NCBI GenBank assembly: GCA_951406725.2
Contig: OX597816.1
Coordinates: 10,540,001-10,604,000 of the forward strand
Direction of reading: 5' to 3'
Length of the DNA stretch: 64,000 nt
Source: Octopus vulgaris
Lineage: Eukaryota
Shown here in pieces: positions 13,084 to 23,996 of the stretch. Numbering within the stretch: the first letter of the stretch is position 1; each line of letters begins with the position of its first letter. A program made the position numbers and the translations under genes. The notes below the pieces were generated by a model. It was not told where the DNA came from and did not search any database. It saw nothing but the letters and a program-made list of their open reading frames with translations.

Positions 13084-13131
13084 AATATATAAAAGCACTA
13101 TGCTCATTATTGTATTAGGACATTCCTTCGT

Positions 13132-13205
13132 AACATGGTGTAGGTAAAAATGCACCTGAATCTTTAGTCATCTGTAGACGCTGGTGCATTTTTACCTATA
13201 CTGTG

Positions 13206-13207
<2 letters not shown>
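13132..13207. mobile_element. Tiny MITE-like inverted repeat
   Basis: AACATGGTGTAGGTAAAAATGCACC / GGTGCATTTTTACCTATACTGTGTT, 22 of 25 complementary. Confidence 0.55.
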
Positions 13208-13237
<30 letters not shown>

Positions 13238-13238
<1 letters not shown>

Positions 13239-13455
13239 GGCAATGAGCTAGCAGAACTGTTAGCATGCTGGGCAAAATGCTTTGTAGCATTTCATCTGTT
13301 TTTACATTCTGAGTTCAAATTCTGCCAAGGTTGACTTTGCCTTTCATCCTTTCAAAATCGATAAAATAAGTAGCAGTTGATCACTGGGGATCGATGTAAT
13401 TGGCTTATTCCCTCACCTGAAATTACTGCCTATGTGCCAAAATTTGAAACCAATA
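13238..13455 (+). mobile_element. tRNA-derived SINE family B (Nin-domain type, OR1/OR2-like)
   Basis: Head GG..GAGCT.GCAGAA..GTTAGCA, B box GAGTTCAAATTC, central GCCTTTCATCCTTTC..TCGATAAA.TAAGTA.CAG. The family name is from memory. Confidence 0.8.
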
Positions 13456-13473
13456 TTGTTAGTTATTATTATT

Positions 13474-13890
13474 GAGTGAGAGAGCAGTGCATGCCATCAA
13501 AGCCCAGTATACCCATCACGACTACCCGTCTGATAAGGGTACACTAGGCACATGCATCACAACCATATGTGTGCGACATGGTGATCTCATATCAAGATAA
13601 ACAGCACATGACTTTGCAGATGGGGCCCAGTTAGAATTTTCTTCAGGTTGAGTAGCCCATCCCACTCAAAAGGTCCCTGAATAAGGATTGTTTAAGGATG
13701 TTGAACGAACCACCCATGTTTCCAAAGGTGAATTATCCAAACCTCTAAAAATTCCTTTCAACACACAGCTATGATGCTCCCCTGCTACTTTTGCTCGTGA
13801 TCAGAGATGCACATATCGTCAGCCACTAAGGGACATGCTCAACTGGTTAAGGTCAAACAACTGACAAGCAAATCTGTGGTACTGAGCAGT
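13474..13890 (-). repeat. Unclassified ~460-bp interspersed repeat, copy 2
   Basis: Aligns by eye with 12251-12712. Confidence 0.85.
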
Positions 13891-14752
13891 TAAGATCAGA
13901 AGTCATGAGAGCCACTGTCTGGTACTGCATCAGGTCGTGGTCGTCTACAACAGCAACAGCAGCGTCGTCGTCGTCGTCTACAACAGCAGCGTCGTCTACA
14001 ACAGCAGCAGCGTCGTCGTCATCACCATCATCATCATCATCATTATTCCAATTTGCTAGATCCTATCAAACCTTCCAACCCATGCCAGTATGGAAAACAA
14101 ATGTCAGATGATGATTAAAATGATGAGGATTATTATTACTGTTGCTACTATTATCATCATCATCAGTCATAGTCTTTTTACCATTCTATAAGTAAAGTAT
14201 GAACCAAAGCTATTACCGAGAAAACACTTAGCAGTACTTTCAGAGCCGTCTGTCTGTGATTAATAAAAACATGGAACAAACCATTCTTTTGTCTGCCAGG
14301 AATTTCTGCTCTATTACAGAAATTATACAAAACGTTTTAGAAGAAATGCAAAAGATGGTCAAGAGGTTATCAATGATATTATTTTCTATAATTTCTGAGA
14401 AGAATTTCCAGAACTTTCCAGAGCAAAGTTCTTGGAACCTTCAGGTAAAAACTGAGCAATTTTCTTCTAGCTTCTCTCCATTACACTTCTACTTATTTGA
14501 AAGAGATGAGATATTAATTTGATTTCATTTATCATTTAAATTATAATGGTGACGCACATTTGTAACACTTTCCTCTCTGAAAAACATTCTGCAGTTCAGC
14601 TCTTTTGAGAGTTTCCAACCACAACTATCATGTGATGTCGAGACAAAGAGACAGTAACACACACACACACACACACACACTCATACACATGTGCACCAAC
14701 ACACACACACACACACACACACATGTGCACCAACATAACATGTACACACACA

Positions 14753-14985
14753 AGGTGGCGAGCTGGCAGAAGCGTTAGCATGTCGGGCGAAATGCTTAGC
14801 GGTATTTCGTCTGCCTTTATGTTCTGAGTTCAAATTCTGCCAAGGTCGACTTTGCCTTTCATCCTTTCGGGGTCGATAAATTAAATACTAGTTATTCACT
14901 GGGATCGATGTAATCAAATTAATCCCTTTGTCTATCCTTGTTTGTCCCCTCTATATTTAGCCCCTTGTAGGCAATAAAGAAATAA
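14753..14985 (+). mobile_element. SINE family B inserted in a (CA)n tract
   Basis: GGTGGCGAGCTGGCAGAAGCGTTAGC...AGCCCCTTGTAGGCAATAAAGAAATA. Confidence 0.88.
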
Positions 14986-15059
14986 CACACGTATACACAC
15001 ACAAGCACACATACGTGCACACATGTGCATGTACACACACATATACACACACACACGCA

Positions 15060-15880
15060 CACTTTCAGTTTCTATCTCCTAAATTCCGTGACAAGGCTTT
15101 GGATGTCCTGGGGTCTAGAGTAAAAGACACTTGCCCAAGATAGCATACAATGGAATGGAACCCAAAACCATGTGGTTGGGAAACAAGCTTCTTAACCATG
15201 TAGGTGCACCTACACTTATCGTTTATCTCTTACTTGTTTCAATCATTTGACTGTGGCCATGCTGGGGCACCGCCCTGAGGAATTTTAGTCAAATGAATCA
15301 ACCCCAGAACTTTTTTTACTTTATTAAAGCCTGGTACTTACTCTGTCGATCACTTTTGCCAAACCACTAAGTTATGGGAACCTAAACACACCAACATCAG
15401 TTGTCAAGCTGTGGTGGGGGAAAACACAGACAGAAAGATGCACAAACACACACACATACACACACGGTGTAGGATGTGGCCTGGTGGTTCGGCTGTAGCA
15501 CTCACCATTGCTAGATCATGGGTTCGATTCCCTGACTGGGCGATGCATTGTGTTCATTACTTTAGCCCCCTCTCGATTGGGGGGGAATGTTGGCCTGTTC
15601 ACCTAACCAGCGGGGTGACATTATTTGAAGGTTAAAACAATGCTGAAAGGCACTGTGACCAGTGATGTCTAACAATATCTGATAGCCTGGTCAGTCATTC
15701 AATCACATGATATATATGATGGACTTCTCTCAGTTTCCATCTACCAAATCCACTCACAAAGCTTTGGTTGCCCTAAGGCTGTAGTAGAACACTCTTGCCC
15801 AAGGTATCACACAGTGGGACTGAACCTGGAGCCATGTGGGTGGGAAGCAAGCTTCTTACCACACAGCCATGCCTGTGCCT
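15060..15880 (-). mobile_element. Cluster of SINE A copies, one interrupted by a family C-related SINE (~15465-15710, +)
   Basis: SINE A tail 15225-15440 and head 15715-15880 flank the inserted element. Confidence 0.75.
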
Positions 15881-16290
15881 GTTTATATAAGAACTGATAA
15901 AGACACAGTGTTCTTGTGATTAAACGAATGTCAGATGAGACAATGTCTCAGGAATGAGAGATGTGAAAACAAGATCAACAATATTAGCAATTCATGTTTG
16001 AACTTGATCAAAGACAGAAGGAATACTAATGCAATCACTATTACAACCATAAGCCTGCAAGGAAACCTCTACATGGTCTCTCAAACTGTCAGTAATAGTA
16101 GCTAAATCTTGCTCACACACCGCAACTTAACATTTTTTTTTTAAAAAAAAACACTCCAATGTGAGAGTCATAGATTCAACGCCCTTTTTCAAAAGTCTAC
16201 TCATGAACACAGACTTAGGAATATGGTCTTTCAGCCTGCTAGAAATAGCAGCTAAATATTGGCCATTCCTTGCCCTCTTTTCTCTTTTAA

Positions 16291-16512
16291 CCCTTTCATT
16301 ACTGTATTTCTGTTGAGATGTTCTGTGTTTCTTTCAATTGATTTTAAATATAACAAAGAATTTAATAAATTAACTTCATTATCATTAAGCTGGTGTTAGG
16401 AACATAAATTTTAACTAAGGTTTGCTGGAAGATTTTAATTCAAAACTTATGAAAACAAGCCATTTGTACTACAGAGCCAGAGGTGGTTTCAGCCAGGTTG
16501 GTAATGAAAGGG
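16291..16512. mobile_element. piggyBac-type MITE
   Basis: TTAA TSD on both sides (16287-16290, 16513-16516); perfect 12-bp TIR CCCTTTCATTAC/GTAATGAAAGGG. A second related copy follows directly (~16517-16738). Confidence 0.88.
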
Positions 16513-16841
16513 TTAAATGTTATTCTGAAATGTTTATTGAAATATGCTGCTTTTGTTTTAATTCATTTTCAAAATTATAAAGAATTTGGTAGAATAACCT
16601 TGTCGTTATTAAGCTGGTGTGTAGAACATAAATTAGCATGGAAATTCTGATGGAAGATTTTAATCAAGATCACTTTGAAACTGGAAGTTTGTTTCATGGA
16701 CCCAGGGGCAGTTTCAGGCTGGTTGATATCAAAAGGGATAAATATAACAAGCTATGATACGTTCTATTGTAAGTCTGCTCAATTAAGAACTTTGTTGAGG
16801 ATAAATAACGACATTGTAACTGCTATTGAAATCAGAAATGC

Positions 16842-17060
16842 TCTTTTTACTCTTTTACTTGTTTCAGTCATTTGACTGTGGCCATGCTGGAGCACCGCCT
16901 TTAATCGAGCAACTCGACCCCAGGACTTATTCTTTTGTAAGCCCAGTACTTATTCTATCGGTCTCTTTTTGCCGAACCGCTAAGTAACGGGGGACATAAA
17001 CACACCAGCATCGGTTGTCAAGCAATGCTAGGGGGACAAACACAAACACACACATATATC

Positions 17061-17094
<34 letters not shown>

Positions 17095-17262
17095 TATACG
17101 ACGGGCTTCTTTCAGTTTCCGTCTACCAAATCCACTCACAAGGCTTTGGTCGGCCCGAGGCTTATAGTAGAAGACACTTGCCCAAGGTACCATGCAGTGG
17201 GACTGAACCCGGAACCATGTGGTTGGTAAACAAGCTACTTACCACACAGCCACTCCTGCGCC
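16842..17262 (-). mobile_element. SINE family A, full length
   Basis: From GGCGCAGGAGTGGCTGTGTGG to the (GTAAAAGA) tail on the minus strand. Confidence 0.92.
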
Positions 17263-17836
17263 TATAAATGTTTATAAAATTTCCAAAGTATGGAATGAAT
17301 TATATTTATATGCCATAAGGAAGACAAGGGAGATTTTGTAGGGGAGATAGAGAGAGGAGCTGTTTGTACATGTTGCCTCATAAATATCTTGGGAGTGGTG
17401 AGAGGGAGGGAAAATTATTATAATAGAGAAGAACAAGGGTGGGAGTAAATAAAGGAAGAAGAAAGAGGGAGAGCATAGAAGGTGGGGGATGAAGAGGTAA
17501 TAGTTAATGAAGGGGTGTGGGCTGGTAATAGTCAAAGTGAGGATAAAATAAATGGAATGCTGGCCCTTAGGAAATATGCTGAATTGGGGAGCTAACTACT
17601 TTGGAAAGAATACAAACACATACATAAGTCACAATATATATGCATATATGTATGTATGTATAGTTGAAATTTATAGAAAAACAAGATGAAGACAGGTGTA
17701 TAAACAACAAGCAGGTGTTGACCACGTTTGGATGGTGCTTTTTAAATGTCACCAGCATGGGAGCCAGTCAGGCGGCACTGGCATCGACCCACACATGAAT
17801 GGTGCCACCAGCATGGGAGCTGGTTAGGCAGCATTG

Positions 17837-17902
<66 letters not shown>

Positions 17903-17937
17903 CATACATACACAAGTACATATATTTATGAATATAT

Positions 17938-18696
17938 AGGTACAGGTGTGGTGGAGTGGTTATAAAACTTGCCTAGTAACCATATGGTTTAGGGTTCAGT
18001 CCTACTGTTAGGCCCTTTTGGCAAATGACTTTTACTATCGGCCTGTGAATTTGGTTGAGGGAAAGTGTGTGGAAGCCTGTCGTGTGTGTGTCTTTTTGCT
18101 TGTCCCAGTACCATCACCACACTGCTTTACAACTGGTGTTAGTTTGTTTTTGTCCCCATAGCCTAACATTTCAGCAAAAGTGACCAGTAGAATAAGTACT
18201 GGACTAAAAACAAAAAGAAATAATTCAAAAATAAAAAATAAGAATTGGGGTTGCCCCAGCATGGTCACAGTTCAATGACTGAAATAAGTATATTATAAAA
18301 GATAATATAGGAGTGGCTGCATGGTAAGAAGCTTGCTTACTAACCATATGGTTCTGGGTTCAGTCCTACGTGTTACTTTGGGCAAGTGTCTTCTACAATA
18401 GCCTCGGGCTGACCAAAGCCTTGTGAGTGGATATGGTAGATGGAAACTGAAAGAAGCCTGTTGTATATATGTGTGTGTGCACGCGCATATTTGTGGGTCT
18501 ATGTTTGTTCCCCTATCATGGCTTGACAACTGATGTTGGTGTGTTTACATCCCAATAACTTAGCAGTTCGGCAAAAGAAACTGATACAATAAGTACTAGG
18601 GTTACAAAGAATAAGTCCTTGAGGTCGATTTGTTTGACTAAAGGTTGCGCTCCTTCATGGCCGCATGACTGAAACAAATAAAAGAATAAAAGAGAG
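17938..18696 (+). mobile_element. Two head-to-tail SINE A copies (17938-18290, 18308-18696)
   Basis: Both show head, core and tail of family A. Confidence 0.85.
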
Positions 18697-18706
18697 AATA
18701 TATATA

Positions 18707-19100
18707 CTCTTTACTCTTTTACTTGTTTCAGTCATTTGACTGCGGCCATGCTGGAGCACCGCCTTTAGTTGAGCAAATCGACCCCAGGACTTATTCTTTG
18801 TAAGCCCAGTACTTATTCTATCGGTCTCTTTTGCCGAACCGCTAAGTGACGGGGACGTAAATACACCAGCATCGGTTGTCAAGCAATGCTAGGGGGACAA
18901 ACACACACACATATATATATATATATATACATATATACGACAGGCTTCTTTCAGTTTCCGTCTACCAAATCCACTCACAAGGCATTGGTTGGCCCGGGGC
19001 TATAGCAGAAGACACTTGCCCAAGATGCCACGCAGTGGGACTGAACCCGCAACCATGTGGTTGGTTAGCAAGCTACTTACCACGCAGCCACTCCTGCACC
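18707..19100 (-). mobile_element. SINE family A, full length, tail-to-tail with the previous copy
   Basis: Reverse complement of family A; ~10-bp spacer. Confidence 0.92.
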
Positions 19101-19179
19101 TATATATATATATATATATTATCTTGGATTCATCTCCAACTATAGAGAGCAGTCGCCATATTTCATTCCATAATGACTA

Positions 19180-19260
19180 CCTCTGAAGAGCACAGGGTTA
19201 ACTAATTGGATTGCTACCTACCACTTTGTTGAAACCCTGGTGTGAAACCAATTGGTAAGA
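19180..19260 (+). ncRNA. Minimal type I hammerhead ribozyme motif with intact core
   Basis: CT-CTGAAGA(19183-19189)-GCACAGGGTT..AACCCTGGTGT-GAAA(19244-19247)-CCAATTGG(palindrome)-TA-AG; GUA triplet; stem I weak. Confidence 0.7.
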
Positions 19261-19669
19261 TCGACCATAATGGATATATAATACTGTATATTTTGATTAA
19301 TATATAAATACTAACACACACACACGTGCTTATAAGAGTATACGGATATATATATATATAAATAATGGAGAAATTATACAAAATGTATAAATATATGATG
19401 AGTAAAGCACCAACACAGTTTCGATTACCTGTTGTTATCTGTAGATTTATTACACATTCCATCTCCTATTTTATTAATACTGTAATAAATATGTATAAAA
19501 TACAGACTGTGTATGTGTGTGCATGTGTAGGTGCTTCTATGTGTGTGAGGGTGTGTGGGTGTGAATAAGATAGAATTAATGTTGTAACTGTATACTTTGT
19601 AATACCTTTGCTGTATAATGTAAGCAAATATAAACACATAGTGTTATTCTCCTTGCACACACAAACCTA

Positions 19670-19807
19670 TACACACACACACACACACATATATAATTGT
19701 GTGTGTATATATATATGTATGTATATATATATATGTGTGTGTGTGTATATATATATGTGTATGTATATATATGTGTGTGTATATATATATATGTGTGTAT
19801 ATATATA

Positions 19808-19873
<66 letters not shown>

Positions 19874-19890
19874 CACACACACACATGTAA
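19670..19890. repeat. Compound (CA)/(TA)/(TG) microsatellite
   Basis: Directly visible. Confidence 0.95.
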
Positions 19891-20114
19891 ATACGGGGAA
19901 CACCAGGATATATGTACATGCATGATGTATACACTCACACATGTTAACATTTTACACATATACATGCATTTCCAGAATTATTGTGATTAAGTTAATTAAT
20001 TCTTGTGATTCAGCAAACCACTGAACTGTTTAACGAAGAAAATGAAATTAATACTGCTGCAGTGTACTGATCGTTTCCTCATCATCGTTATTATTGTCTT
20101 TAATCATAACGGCC

Positions 20115-20825
20115 AAGGTGTTGAGCAGGTAGAGTCGTTACCATGCCAGGTAAAATGGTTATCAGCATTTCTTCTGAATTTATATTCTGAGTTCAAATGC
20201 TGCCAGGGTTAAATTTGCCTTTCATTCTTTCAGGGCGGGAGAGATGTGGGTGGGGGGTGTCAATGAAATAAGTATCAGTTGAGTACAAGGGGTGATGTAG
20301 TCAACTTGCCCCCTCCTTTGAACTTGCAGGCCTTGTGCTAAAATTTGAAACCATTATTATCATAATGACTATCAGTTCTCCCTCCACCTCCACCTTTGCC
20401 TCATCTTCATTAAAACCTCAACACAATCCCTGATCACTATTACGACCTGCATCAGATTTGTCATCAAATGGTTTCTTCCTGAGAGTAATATCGTGGCACT
20501 CCGTCGGTTACGATGATGAGGGTTCCAGCTGATCTGATCAATGGAACAATCTGCTCATGAAATTAATGTGCAAGTGGCTGAGTACTCCACAGACATGTGT
20601 ACCCTTAATGTAGTTCTTGGGAAGATTCAGTGTGACACAGTGTGTGACAAGGCTGGCCCCTTTGAAATTCAGAACAATAGAAACAGGAAGAAAGAGTGAG
20701 AGAAAGTTCACCACCCAGCCCCTGCCAGAGCCTTGTGGAGTTTCAGCTGTTTTTGCTCAATAAACACTTTTGAAACTGTAATCCTGTGACTGCGAGTCCA
20801 CTGCCTTAACCACTGGCCCATTGCG
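20115..20825. mobile_element. SINE B (20115-20355, +), SINE D tail (20490-20680, -) and SINE C part (20690-20825, -)
   Basis: Similarity to the other copies in this window. Confidence 0.7.
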
Positions 20826-20922
20826 CTAATAATGAGCTTATTGAATAGAATGTTCAGGTGCACTATAACCGTTTAGAGAAGAGTAAAAGAAGGGACAGAA
20901 AACAGACATAGAAGTCAAGTAA

Positions 20923-21330
20923 AGGCGCAGGAGTACGGTAAGAAGGCTTGCTTACCAACCACATGGTTCCAGGTTCAGTCCCACTGCGTGGCACTTTGGG
21001 CAAGTGTCTTTTACTATAGCCTTGGGCCAACCAAAGCCTTGTGAGTGGATTCGGTAGACGGAAACTGAAAGAAGCTTGTATATATGTATATGTATATATG
21101 TGTGTGTTTGTGTGTGTCTGTGTGTGTGTGTTTGTGTGTGTCTGTGTGTGTGTGTTTGTCCCCCCAACATCGCTTGACAACCGATACTGGTGTGTTTACA
21201 TCCCCGTAACTTAGCAGTTGAGCAAGAGAGACCAATAGAATAAGTACTAGGCTTACAAAGAATAAGTCCTGGGGTCGATTTGCTTGACTAAAGGCGGTGC
21301 TTCAGCATGGCCACAGTCTAAAGAGTAAAG
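20923..21330 (+). mobile_element. SINE family A
   Basis: Head GGCGCAGGAG, core and tail present. Confidence 0.9.
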
Positions 21331-21954
21331 AAAAAAGACAGTTAAGAAGGACTACACAAAATAAAACAATAAAAAAGAAAATACAGAAAAGGAAAAAGTA
21401 AAAATGCTATAAAGTGGAAAGGCTGCACTGGTACATCTGTAGTAATGCTGGTAAGTATAAAGGAACATGGAATTTTTAAAGGATGCAGTGTTCTGACAGC
21501 TAACATCTAATACAAGCAGTTTTTGTTTTCATGCTTTAACAATTCTGTGTGTGAAAACAAAAATAAACGTTTTTGAAAGTCATGTGTTCTGTGTTGCTTT
21601 TTTTTAATTTTGTAGGTATGTTCACAAGTGGAAGAGATATTGAATTCAAAAAGATGGTCAAGGTTGGAAAGGTGGTTTTTGGAAAGATGGTGAAGAAACT
21701 TTTGGTTTTAAAATAGAACAGCATTTGGAAGGGCATCCATCTGTAAAAAAGAAAAAAACATGCTAAAGCACAATGGAACCTCGTGTGCCCACCCAGGTCT
21801 TAGCAGCACCTGTCATACCATCCTATCTATGTTAAATGACGACCTTACAATATATAGTGCTCAGGTGTACTACAACTCATAAGAAGGGACTAAAAGAGGG
21901 GACAGAAAGCAACCATATAAGCCACAGAAAGGACAACAACAGGGATAACCTTTT

Positions 21955-22867
21955 TCTTTATTGCCCACAAGGGGCTAAACATAGAGGGGACAAACAAGGA
22001 CAGACAAAGAGATTAAGTCGATTACATCGACCCCAGAGTGTAACTGGTACTTAATTTATCGACCCCCGAAAGGATGAAAGGCAAAGTCAACCTCGGCGGA
22101 ATTTGAACTCAAAACATAGTGGCAGACGAAATACTACTAAGCATTTCGTCCAGTGAGCTAACGTTTCTGCCATCATTCGTAGGACACAGAATAAAACAAG
22201 AAAATAAATGAAATGAACATAAAAAAGATCCATAAAAAAAGAAAGAATGGTTAGGCATGTCAGGAGTGGTGCTGGTGAATTTAGGAAAGCATGAAATTTT
22301 AGGAGAATGCAGTGAATTGACAGCCAACAACTAACACACGTTGTTTATTATTCCATGCTTTGACAATTCTGACAATAATGCTTCAGAAAGTCACAAGTAC
22401 TTTGCCATCGTTTGGTTTTATAAGTTAAGCCCAAAAGTATTAGAAATATTCTTTTCTCCTCTAGGCACAAGGAGCGAAATTTTGGGCGAGGGGGGTGGGG
22501 CAGTCAATTTGATCGACCCCAATATGCAACTGGTACTTAATTTATCGACCCTGAAAGGATGGATGGAAAAGTTTAATTTCGGCAGAATTTGAACTCAGAA
22601 CATAAAGACAGATGAAATACCACTAAGCATTTCACCCAGTGTACTAACAATTCTTTTCTACTATATGCACAAGGCCCGGAATTTTGGGAGAGGAAGCCAG
22701 TCAATTAGATCGACCCCAATATGCAACTGGTACTTAATTTATCAACCCCCAGAAGGATGGAAGGCAAAGTTGACCTCTGTGGAATTTGAACTCAGAACAT
22801 AAAAACGGATGTAATGTTGCTTAGCATTTTGCCCAGCATGCTAACAATTCTGCCACCTCATCACCTT
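21955..22867 (-). mobile_element. Three SINE B copies (21955-22175, 22455-22650, 22655-22867)
   Basis: Each has CTGGTACTTAATTTATC.ACCC..AAGGATG..TTTGAACTC. Confidence 0.85.
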
Positions 22868-23319
22868 GTTAATGATAATAATAATAATAATAATAATGAT
22901 TCCTTCCACACATTCCTCGTGAGTCTTGGGTGCATTTCCATCATACTTCCAGTTTTTGTATGATTTCAATATTCCTTTCACTATAACAAATTTTCATGTT
23001 TTTTGTTTCCAAGATTTCTTCCTGTTTCTACATTAAGTAAAAGCAGAACCTAACCCACCGATTCTATCACTTTACTCTCCAAACACTCCTCACTTCTGGA
23101 TATCCGGAATTTCTTTTATATTTCCTTCCATTTTCTTTGTCTTTAGAACTTTACGTCTGTCATATTTTTACTTTTATGTAACAAAACACTTTTTTGTCAG
23201 AAATATTTTACATGTTCTTTCATTCATACATCGACTGAGAAATTCATTGTATTTGTAGGCAGTTTAGTACTGGCAACTATGAAAAGCACTATTGTTTTTT
23301 ATTATTATTATTATTATTA

Positions 23320-23996
23320 AGATGGTAAGCTGGTGGAATCGTTAGCATGCCGGATGAAATGCTTGGCAGTATTTCACACATCACTACGCTCTGAGTTCAA
23401 ATTCTGCCAAAGTCAATTTTGCCTTTCATCCTTTTGGGGTCCAGAAAATAAATACCAGTTGAGTACTGGGGTCGATGTAATTGACTATCCCCCACTGCCA
23501 AATTTCAGGTCTTGTACCTATAATAGAAAGGATTATTATTATTGTTTATTTTTATTATTATTGAGACGGTGAGCTAGCAGAATCATTAGCACGCTGGATG
23601 AAATGCTTAGCGGTATTTCATCTGCCACTATGTTCTGAGTTCAAATTCTGCCGAGGTCGACTTTGCCTTTCATCCTTTCGGGGTCGATAAATTAAGTACC
23701 AGTTACACACTGGGGTCGATGTAATCGACTTAATCCGTGTGTCTGTCCTTGTTTGTCCCCTCTGTGTTTAGCCCCTTGTGGGTAGTAAAGAAATAAGTAT
23801 TTCGTCTGTTGCTACATTTCAACTTCAAATTCTGCTGAGGTCAGTTTTGCCTTTCATCATTCCAGGGTTGATAAATTAAGTACCAGTGAAACACTGGGGT
23901 CGATGTAATCAACTAGTCCTCCTCTCCAAATTTCAGACTTTGTGCCTTTAGGAGAAAGAATTATTATTATTATTATTATTATTAAGATGGCAAGCT
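23320..23996 (+). mobile_element. Tandem SINE B array separated by (ATT)n; last copy split by the LINE
   Basis: Copies at 23320-23535, 23565-23800 and 23800-23960; head stub AAGATGGCAAGCT at 23984-23996. Confidence 0.85.

Noticed and set aside
14256-14522. 88-aa ORF in unique sequence
   Set aside because: No recognisable domain and weak splice signals.
22900-23280. Possible decayed R4-like coding fragment between TAA repeats
   Set aside because: Too degenerate for any motif to be read.
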